Assembly (NCBI RefSeq): GCF_008000775.2
Contig: NZ_CP042905.2
Location: 2,910,001-2,942,000, forward strand
Length of the DNA stretch: 32,000 bases
Direction: 5' to 3'
Source: Promethearchaeum syntrophicum
GTDB lineage: Archaea; Asgardarchaeota; Lokiarchaeia; Sigyniarchaeales; Promethearchaeaceae
This document shows positions 19,560 to 28,300 of the stretch, in pieces. A program made the translations under genes and the position numbers. Within the stretch, counting starts at the first letter, position 1. Each line of letters begins with the position of its first letter. The notes under the pieces are model-generated. The model saw nothing but the letters and a program-made list of their open reading frames with translations. It did not search any database and was not told the origin of the DNA.

Positions 19560-20270
19560 ATCTTGAACTTGCCAATAAATCAATTCTGGTTTTAACTTTA
19601 TTAGTTGTCCCTCTGTGTGTTATTCTCTTCTTTCTAAAAATTAATTTTAAACAATTTGCGGGAAAAAATTTTGAGGAATCGTAGGGTTTAATACTTCCCA
19701 CTTCTGCATGTATTTTTGTAGTACAGGGGATAATGGAAGAAACGCTATTTAGAGATATTATTAAGAAACATTTGTATTTTAAGATAAAAGAGTTTCACGA
19801 TTCTGATAAGAAATGGTTCAAAAAGTAGATTGTGGTGTGATTTCAGTAATTTTTGGAAACATTCTAATAATTTCTATTCCTTTTTGGGGAGATGCTTTAC
19901 GATTTATCGCTGCTATTATACCAATATGTGAAAGGGTTGCATTAAGAGATGGAGATTTACAAAGACCTCTGGGTGATTATCTGGGCGTTGCAATCCCTGC
20001 ATCTGTTAACATGCTTGTATAGCCATTTTATCTAAGAGTTGGAATATTAATATAGGTGGGGATCTAATTCTCTATAAAAAAACTAAAGATCCATTGATGG
20101 CAGCTTTGGCAGTATCAGCAATGATTTGTAGTTTTGCCCACTTTCAAGATTGGCGTTATGTTTTATTTGCAACCTTTTCTGGTTATGGATACGGATACGC
20201 TTACTACAAAACGGAAAATTTGGCTGGGGCAGCGTTAGTTCATATGGGAGTTGATGCAGTTTGGAGTTAA
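19560..20270 (+). pseudogene. Decayed CPBP (CAAX/Abi-type) intramembrane protease
   Basis: Separate frames encode VVQGIMEETLFRDIIKKHLY (EExxxR motif, E at 19736), ICERVALRDGDLQRPLGDYLGVAIPA, and AALAVSAMICSFAHFQDWRYVLFATFSGYGYGYAYYKTENLAGAALVHMGVDAVWS* (ends 20270), with intervening stops/frameshifts. Confidence 0.65.
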
Positions 20271-20415
20271 ATTTTATCTATTCCTTAAAAAATTAGAAAT
20301 TATTGAAAGAAAATCAGAAAATAGTAAAAAAATATGGATTTAGAAGGGATTGAATTATGCTTTGTAAGTCATAATTTTTGAAAAATTTGGACTTCCTAAG
20401 CTTTTTATAGGTGGA

Positions 20416-20449
20416 ATACTATATATAATTTAGTAATCTAATATAGTAT
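20416..20449. promoter_or_regulatory. Candidate PadR operator: perfect 9-bp inverted repeat overlapping an AT-rich promoter element
   Basis: ATACTATAT (20416-20424) and its reverse complement ATATAGTAT (20441-20449), separated by 16 nt, just upstream of the PadR-family start at 20471. Confidence 0.6.
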
Positions 20450-20470
20450 CGAATGGATGGTATATAAAAA

Positions 20471-21034
20471 ATGATACGTCAAGTAAAACAATTCCAAGCT
20501 GAAGCGTTAATTAATTCCGAAACATATCGCAATTTTGTCCAAAAAACCCAATCTGAAATACTTAGGGGAATCTCTACTGTGGTTGTGCTCAAGATTATTA
20601 ATTCTCACGCTAAGGAAGGAATTTATGGTTATCTTTTATTACGCGAGTTGGAAGAATCAACAAAAAAAACACTCGTGATAGAAGAGGGAACACTCTATCC
20701 TTTACTAAAGAAGTTAGAAAAGGAAAAAGTAATTCGATCTGAACGAAAAGATGTTCAGGGGCGATCTCGTAAATATTATTTTATTACCCCTGAAGGTCAG
20801 AAAATTCAAAACCATTTAATGGGATTCTTTTCAAAATTGGTTGAATCGATGAGTGATTTAATGGATATCAATGTAGATTTACCGCAGAAAAATGTTCTTT
20901 TTTGCCCTAATTGTGCTAATCGAATCGATCTAAAGGATCCTGATTCTCATTTCTGTGAAGTATGTGGATTGAATATTCAGAATTTAAGGTTTGTTCCCAA
21001 AACAAATAATGAAAATGGAGATGAAATATTATGA
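20471..21034 (+). CDS. PadR-family transcriptional regulator with C-terminal zinc ribbon
   Basis: GIYGYLLLRELEESTKKTLVIEEGTLYPLLKKLEKEKVIRSERKDVQGRSRKYYFITPEG; CPNCANRIDLKDPDSHFCEVCG. Confidence 0.9.
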   Translation: MIRQVKQFQAEALINSETYRNFVQKTQSEILRGISTVVVLKIINSHAKEGIYGYLLLRELEESTKKTLVIEEGTLYPLLKKLEKEKVIRSERKDVQGRSRKYYFITPEGQKIQNHLMGFFSKLVESMSDLMDINVDLPQKNVLFCPNCANRIDLKDPDSHFCEVCGLNIQNLRFVPKTNNENGDEIL

Positions 21035-22194
21035 ATAGATATAATTATATTATTGACGATTTTCTAAAAAAAGTGAAGGAAAAACTACCTTCATGGATTC
21101 GGGAAGATAAAAAAGAATGTACCGATATTTTAGAAGAAATGGAAGAACATATTTTGGATCTTGCTCAAGAATTGGCAGGAGGTCCAGAAGAAGAGGCCGA
21201 TATAGAAAACATTCGCGAAGCTATTGCCCGGATGGGATCTCCTGAGGAAATTTCAAAGGAATATAAAAAAAGAGGAACTCCGAAGTATTATTTAACGGAA
21301 GAATGGATTCCTTGGTATAAAAATGTATTAGGTATAGTTATAGGCGTAATAATGGCAATAAATGTGATAACCCTAATATTTTCAATCGATGATGGGGAAA
21401 GTTTTTGGGAGATAGCATTAGGTTTCCTCAATGGATTATGGGGGTCAACTCTATTTTCATTCATCATAATCAGTGTTATTTTCATTGCGTTATCAATGGA
21501 AGGCTTTATGCCCCATGATTTTGCAGAAATGTACAATAAATATGGTAAATATGTGGAAAAAGAACCCAGTAAAACGAAGAGAGGAACACACGGTCATCAT
21601 TTTCAACGGGAAATGGAGAGAGTTGAACGTGATCTTCATAGGGTAGAAAAAACAGTTGAAAAAGCCACAAAAGAAGTGGAGAGAGCAAAAGCAACAGTAT
21701 CAGTGAAAATTCAAAAGAAAACTAAAAGAAAACCACCAATTAAGGTTGGAGACTGCTTGGCGAGCGGAATATTTGGAATATTATGGGGTTTGTTCCTGAT
21801 AATGCAACCAATTGAAAGTTTTAATGTGAACTTCACTCCAGAATTCTTAGAATTTGTGAGATTTATGGGTACCCTAGCTTTCAGTGAAGCAATAATTAAC
21901 CTTTTCCAAGCATTTGCGGGAATCTCTCGGTCATTTACTCAACAAATATTACTCTTCCTCTTAGGTATTGTGCAAGTATTGAATATTTTAGTCTTTGTCA
22001 GCGCTCTTAAAAGCCCAGAAATTCTTTCAATGTTCTCACTTGCATCAGGTTGGACTTGGGACCCAACTACAGTGTTTAAAATTTTGATGTATATATCTAT
22101 ATTCGGAACAGGAATTGACATCCTTAAAAAGTTGGGCGATATTGGGATGTATCAAGGCCGTTTAGAAAGATATTATGTTGAAACTTTTGATTAA
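21031..22194 (+). CDS. HAAS-domain-like membrane protein, coupled to the PadR gene
   Basis: N-terminal DILEEMEEHILDLAQEL...IREAIARMGSPEEISKEY typical of HAAS/DUF1700-type domains, then TM helices. ATGA overlap with the preceding gene. Confidence 0.75.
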   Translation: MNRYNYIIDDFLKKVKEKLPSWIREDKKECTDILEEMEEHILDLAQELAGGPEEEADIENIREAIARMGSPEEISKEYKKRGTPKYYLTEEWIPWYKNVLGIVIGVIMAINVITLIFSIDDGESFWEIALGFLNGLWGSTLFSFIIISVIFIALSMEGFMPHDFAEMYNKYGKYVEKEPSKTKRGTHGHHFQREMERVERDLHRVEKTVEKATKEVERAKATVSVKIQKKTKRKPPIKVGDCLASGIFGILWGLFLIMQPIESFNVNFTPEFLEFVRFMGTLAFSEAIINLFQAFAGISRSFTQQILLFLLGIVQVLNILVFVSALKSPEILSMFSLASGWTWDPTTVFKILMYISIFGTGIDILKKLGDIGMYQGRLERYYVETFD

Positions 22195-22268
22195 AGTCAG
22201 TTTTTTTTATACTATATTTAATTTTTTCTTTTTTTCTTCTTTTTTAAGATTTTGGGTGGAATATACCT

Positions 22269-23357
22269 TTATAATTTTGCGAAAAATTCAGTTTGGGTTT
22301 TTCCTGCTTCAATATGAAGCCCTTGTTGTACGAATTTTTTCATTCCAAGCCATGGAATGATATCGGCGTTATTTGAATCATGGAAAATAGTAGAATTTGC
22401 AAGCATTGGTATTTTATTAAAATCCCGTTTCAACCTTTGGAGGAAAGCAGGAAATTTTGAAGAGCCCCCAATTACAATAATTGAAGCAAATAACTCTCTT
22501 CGGAGAGAAGGAGGAGTTTCTTTCAAAGTTTCAATTAATAATTGATCTACTGCCATATTTTTGTTATTTCCGAGGAAAGGTTTGAATAAGAATTCAGGTA
22601 CAAGTATTTTTTCTATTCCAACAATGATTGATTCATTAAAATTGGGAATATTTATTGTTTCTTTTAATGCTTCTACAAGGATTTTTGATTGTAAAATTTC
22701 ATTAAAATTCTCAACAAAATGGGTTTTAGTAGTTTTAATCTCTTCCACTAATTGTTGAAACTGTTTGTTTTTAATCGGTGTAAATTTCGTTCGAAGTAGT
22801 GATAAGAGATATTCAGATAGATGTTTCCCAGCTAGTTCTGATGATTTAACTGAATTTCTGATGGGTTGTCGTTGTTGATATTGAATAGCTCTAGTTTGAT
22901 CATACCCGAGATCCAATACTGTGCAATTTTCTAAATCATAAAAATATACACTAAACTTACTACTTGGAGCATTCACAATTCTATATATATTAAATTGTTG
23001 AAACAGGAATGCTTTCACTGTGTTTATAGTTTCTTCAGACCATAATACTGGTGTACCTAAAATTAATGTTGAATTCTCGAGAATAGAAGAGAACCGACCA
23101 AAAATAAACAATAAAAAATTTTTAAATATTTCTTCTTTGTGAAATTGCTTGGAAGAAAAAATGTCTTTAATTTCCAAAATTCCTTGGTAGGAGAAAATTT
23201 TCTGATCAAATTTATGATTTTCAAAATCAGGTGAGGTTACTGATGTAAACCGTGGAATTCCCACTTTACTTGTAAATTTTAAGGGATACACATCGTTATA
23301 GGTATTAATTTTTGCGAATCCTGTTCCTAAATCGACTAATATTACATCATCACTCAT
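22269..23357 (-). CDS. Divergent actin-superfamily protein
   Basis: ILVDLGTGFAKIN (phosphate-1), VGIPRF, QGILEIKDIF (actin RGILTLKYPI), TVLDLGYDQT (phosphate-2), ELAGKHLSEYL (actin DLAGRDLTDYL), LRRELFASIIVIGGSSKFPAFLQRL (adenosine motif). Confidence 0.85.
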   Translation of the reverse strand: MSDDVILVDLGTGFAKINTYNDVYPLKFTSKVGIPRFTSVTSPDFENHKFDQKIFSYQGILEIKDIFSSKQFHKEEIFKNFLLFIFGRFSSILENSTLILGTPVLWSEETINTVKAFLFQQFNIYRIVNAPSSKFSVYFYDLENCTVLDLGYDQTRAIQYQQRQPIRNSVKSSELAGKHLSEYLLSLLRTKFTPIKNKQFQQLVEEIKTTKTHFVENFNEILQSKILVEALKETINIPNFNESIIVGIEKILVPEFLFKPFLGNNKNMAVDQLLIETLKETPPSLRRELFASIIVIGGSSKFPAFLQRLKRDFNKIPMLANSTIFHDSNNADIIPWLGMKKFVQQGLHIEAGKTQTEFFAKL

Positions 23358-24237
23358 TTATATTACCTCCTGTCCTAGTTCCGAGAATTGTAGATCGGAT
23401 GAACTTTTGTAAGTTTCTATACTGATCCTCTCCGTTTGCAAATTCAAAAATAGGAATTTTTAGAATTAAAGATAAATTTTCGGATAAAATCATATGATCA
23501 TGCTTGAAAGTTATTCCGTAAATCTTTAAATTTGGTTGATTTTGACGAATTTTGAATAATTTAGGGAGAGTGTAGGCAATAAAATCCATATTTGGTTCGA
23601 TTAAAATATAAGCAAAATTTTTGTTTTCCAATAATTGATACATCAATTTTTCATTCTCTATATCAATATTCCAAAATTTAACATCACAATTTGTAAGACC
23701 ATGATCCACGAATTTGAAGATATTTAAATTTTCTAAATTTGATAACTCAGAATCTGACACAGATTGGGAAGATCTTGGAGAATTTTTTGATAGAAAATGC
23801 CAGAAATCTTGCTTTATTTGTGATTGAGGACTAATAATTCCAATATCTAAAGATGTGTTACAGATTTTTAAAACAATTTCATCATAAGGATTGAACTCTT
23901 CCATAGAAAAAATTTCGCGAACTTTGATATGACCAAACTTCTCCAAAAATAGGTTCTTCAGTTCGAAAATTATATCATTGATCAGTTCTAGATTGTCATA
24001 TTTATTCACAAATAGAATTATCGAAACCTCATTATTTAAAAAAGAAGCTATATGCATTTCCAATTCAGACATCTGTAACATTTCAATTTTCTGCTTATAA
24101 TGAGTTAATTGTGCAGAAAATGCATCAATTGCAGTTGTAAATCCCCCTATTAATTGATAATCTACTCTTGTATCAGTAAAACTATGATTATAAATGCAAA
24201 TTCCTACATTCGTGATAACCATTACTTGATGAATCAT
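23350..24237 (-). CDS. Longin-like N-terminal domain plus putative degenerate Ras/Arf-like domain
   Basis: Longin-like MVITNVGICIYNHSFTDTRVDYQLIGGFTTAIDAFSAQL; C-terminal half follows small-GTPase order: IISPQSQIKQDFW, VKFWNID, FAYILIEPN, KIYGITFKHD, IPIFEFANGED. Confidence 0.6.
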   Translation of the reverse strand: MIHQVMVITNVGICIYNHSFTDTRVDYQLIGGFTTAIDAFSAQLTHYKQKIEMLQMSELEMHIASFLNNEVSIILFVNKYDNLELINDIIFELKNLFLEKFGHIKVREIFSMEEFNPYDEIVLKICNTSLDIGIISPQSQIKQDFWHFLSKNSPRSSQSVSDSELSNLENLNIFKFVDHGLTNCDVKFWNIDIENEKLMYQLLENKNFAYILIEPNMDFIAYTLPKLFKIRQNQPNLKIYGITFKHDHMILSENLSLILKIPIFEFANGEDQYRNLQKFIRSTILGTRTGGNINE

Positions 24238-24260
24238 TTTAAAATTCTTTCTCCTTTATA

Positions 24261-25340
24261 TCAGTGAGATTCTAGATAGTTTTCTTTTAATATCGAAATA
24301 TAGCTTAAAAGAAGTTTATCGGGTTTTCTATCCTCAACATGCATATTATAGATCTGATTGATCATGTAGTTCATAGGAACAAAATCCAGAATAATATCGG
24401 ATTTTAAGAAATATACTTGTTCTTCATTTTGATCAACTACAATATCAACAATATCACTATTAATCAAATTATTGACTAAATTCATAACTTGATCGACACC
24501 GTGTAACTTTAGTTTCGTTAAAGAGCTGTGTTTGGCATAAGATTTCCTAAGAAAGTCAATAATGACCCAATAATTAGTTTGTCGTATATAACCGGCAATT
24601 TCAATATTGTCTTGCTCATTTGGCACATATTTCTTAAAGAAATCTCGAATTTTTTTTAAAATCTTTTGATTTAGTTCATTATCTTTCGCTATTTTTATCT
24701 TTTGGGATAAATCTAAAGGAGGTGCCCGAAAACATATAAGATATTTCAACAGAAAGACATAAGTGCCATCAACTCCACGCACGATAGAGGTTTTTAATAT
24801 ATCATTTTGGACTAACCCATCTATAATATATTCAAAGTTATATAATTTGGTCTTAAGGATATCCTCCAACCAAATTTTCAATTCATCCCGATAAAAACAA
24901 CCTTCTTCACTTAATGTTTTGAATATAGCCCGATTAAGATTACTCCCATACATCATTGCTCTACGTTGTTCGAGATTCGTGCTTGGAAATTCGGTACATC
25001 GCTGATAAATTGAAGGTAATAACGTATTAAAGGTATCTTCTTCAATAAAAGGTATTAAATAATATAGAAGATCGGAGATAACTTCCTTGTAATCCTCAGG
25101 TTGTTCTTCAATGGTTAGTAAAAGCGATAAGAAATAGTTATGTGTCGATCCTGTCCATACGGAGATAATATTTAATGCGCCCACATACATGGAAACAATA
25201 TCAGATTGCGCCCCGTAAAGGTGTTGAGAATATAGTTGCATCATAGTCTTATCCGATACATCTAATTCTTTTGGATATTTTCCTAACTCTTCCGCTCCCG
25301 AACGGTAATCCCATCTCCAAAGAATCATACCTATAGGCAT
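24261..25340 (-). CDS. Longin-like/winged-helix adapter protein (locus B copy)
   Basis: MPIGMILWRWDYRSGAEELGKYP...; paralogous to 10261-11535; SD-like GGAGGAG upstream of the ATG. Confidence 0.65.
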   Translation of the reverse strand: MPIGMILWRWDYRSGAEELGKYPKELDVSDKTMMQLYSQHLYGAQSDIVSMYVGALNIISVWTGSTHNYFLSLLLTIEEQPEDYKEVISDLLYYLIPFIEEDTFNTLLPSIYQRCTEFPSTNLEQRRAMMYGSNLNRAIFKTLSEEGCFYRDELKIWLEDILKTKLYNFEYIIDGLVQNDILKTSIVRGVDGTYVFLLKYLICFRAPPLDLSQKIKIAKDNELNQKILKKIRDFFKKYVPNEQDNIEIAGYIRQTNYWVIIDFLRKSYAKHSSLTKLKLHGVDQVMNLVNNLINSDIVDIVVDQNEEQVYFLKSDIILDFVPMNYMINQIYNMHVEDRKPDKLLLSYISILKENYLESH

Positions 25341-28300
25341 TACAAATCTCCTCCTGTTTTATAGTCTTGCGAAAGTTGATTTATATATTCTAAAACGAGA
25401 TCTACAATTCGAGGAAGATATTGTTCAGAAATACCCATATTTTTCAATTTGATATTGATTTCATCCCGCGAATAGATACTAAGGTCTTCAAACATAAGTT
25501 TAGCTTCCTCTACCAAGAGTGCTTTATTCGTAGCTTGCTGATAGAGATCAATAAACTGCTTAATATCTTCACGAACCGGTTTGAATGGTGATTCCAAATC
25601 TATTGAAATCCAACGCGATCCATATTCCTCACTAATGATTTCATCAATTCTGAGATTGTCTAATTTATACTTCCGCCCTCGTGTGATAACCAATTTTAGG
25701 TGATTTAAATCTTTTACAAATTTTGGAATTCGGGCATTTTTAATTACTATATAACTGCTTAATCCCGTTATAGTGATAAGGAAAGCAACTCCAATAATGA
25801 TCCAAAAAGGAATCGGAATATCAAGAAACTCTTGATAATTTACCTGAACATAAATCTTTTCTGTGGTATGAATATATTCTTCTTTCACAATATTAATTTC
25901 AATTACATAGAGCCCTATTTCATCAAATGATGATAACATAAGTTGAAAATTCCCATCTTCGAGTTCGATAGTTTCACTTTCAATTTCCACATTATCTTTT
26001 ATTATCCGATAAGTGAAAGTCCCCCCAGAAATTTGTTCATGTTTATGATTTCTAGTAGTGATATTTAAAATTAAATCATTTTTCTGTTCAATATCGATAT
26101 CAGAACTATTGTAATATTCTTGATTTTCATTCATAAATATAATATCTGTACTAATTGGTATCAAATGAATATCAAGCGTAAAGGTTGTAAGACTTGTAGA
26201 ATGATTTACTTTCTCAAAAACAATCGAAATAGAATAAGACCCGATAGGAAGAATTTCGGTACCTGGTTTAAATTGATAATTTCCCATTCCAAGATTGTTG
26301 AGTAGTCCGAAATCAGAATAATTCGCATCCACTGATTGAATAGTATAAGTTGTATTCGCATTCTCAATGTTTTCTTCGAAATTATTTACTAAGTTTAAAT
26401 TGAGACTAAATTCATCAAACCGATATATGTCAATTGTATTTCGAAAAATGGTGCTATCATTCAACGAAGTAGGAATAGCATAAATTTCAAATTTTGCAAT
26501 AGCTGTACTCGTAGTATAATAAATTTTCTCAAAAGTTATGATCGAAGTATAATTTCCGATAGGTAATTCGGAAGTTATAGGATCATATCTATAAATACCA
26601 TCGGATTGATGTTCTAATACTCCTGTAACTATAAGATCTGATTCTTCATGACTTAAGTAAAAGGAAGGAGCAATATTAGAGATCGGAACATGTTGATAGT
26701 TATCCCAGAATTCATATTCTACTGTAACATCTTTTTGAGTAACAATTAACTCGTGTTCAGAATAAAAGAGATCTGATCCATTTACTCTAGTTGGTACAGA
26801 ATATATCTCAATATTGAAGTTCCTTGTTCGTTCGTTATAATGATCTTTTTGAGCCAAAACAGATACTGAGTGATATCCTGGTGAAGCAATAGTTGAATTG
26901 ATTTCGATTGCATATAATCCATCAGATAAATAAGTCATTGGAAGATATGATGTAAAATCACCCCATTCAATCCATAATTCCCCATAATGTATTGGAGAAT
27001 CATTATTAAGGTCTCGATATGTTGCATAAACGGTGAAATTTTCATTATAAATCAATGAATCAACATTTTTTGAAATATTTAGAGTTGTTGAGATATTATA
27101 AATGTTAAATATTTCATTGATTGCTTCGGGATCTCCATATCCATATAAAACCGCTTCGATAGATATTGAATATACTATAGGGTTTCCTGAATCAAAGTAC
27201 CCAGAGGTTGTATTGATTACAAATGAATGGTTACCCAGTTCTCCGGGAATTTTATCTGCTTCGCCTTGAAAAATAATATTTCTCTCAATGTCCTCAACCG
27301 TTATGAGAGTTTCATTTGCCCATGTTGGACCTGAAGATCCACCAGGACCATAAGTGATATTATACATAAAGGATAAATCAATATTATCTCCCCAATCATA
27401 AGTTAACGGGAGTGAATTAAATAGAGTCAATTCTGTCTCAAAATTCTCTACTTGTTCACCTGCTAGTGAAATAGTGAGATTTTCATAAAGATAAGAAGAA
27501 TAGGGAGCAGCGGTAAAATTAAAAGCAGAAAAAAGATCATTAATTACAGTCTCTTCCGAAAAAAAGATTATTCGAATCGAATAATTAATAGAACTCAACC
27601 AATTGATAGTTACATTCCCGTTTTCATCGGATAATTCAAATCCAATGTAATCTCCATTGTCCGATGGAGAAGTCCAATTATATAATTCAACGATAGCACC
27701 ATCAACAGGATCCTCAGAAGGATTTTTAATATTTAGATGAATTTTAAACATATCTACTGTTTCTATATGATATGTTGTTGCTAACAGAACAAAATCATCT
27801 AAATAGGCTAAATTTGTGGTATTTCCATAATTATTGTATGTGATATTAATATCGTAATTCTGTTGAATATAATAAATTGAAATATTGCCATAAGAATCAG
27901 TTAAAGAATTATAAATTTGATCTTGTCCTGTAGCATCAAAAATCGAGATATTGGAGTTGGGGAGAACATTTCCAGTTATATCTTTAACTTGAATGTTGAA
28001 TTCTGTTAAATTTGTAGAAATAACAATAAAATCTCCATCACTTGGATAGGAGATTGAATAATTTCGAATAAATCGATTTTCAAGCCATGGTGCTCGTAAT
28101 ATCGCTGTATAATCTCCATCGGGTAAATTCCCGAATGAACAATTACCATTTGAATCGGTTAGTTTTGAAGCGTATTTTTGGTGATTTGTGGAATTTACAA
28201 GGGTAATGTTCACATCCGGAACATCTTTCAGTTCAGAATCAATAATATTAACTTTCAATACCGATATATAGATAACGTCGAGCAAAACTACATCATTTCG

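Noticed and set aside
19513-19701. 62 aa minus-strand ORF
   Set aside because: Opposite strand to the decayed protease region and without motifs; likely spurious.
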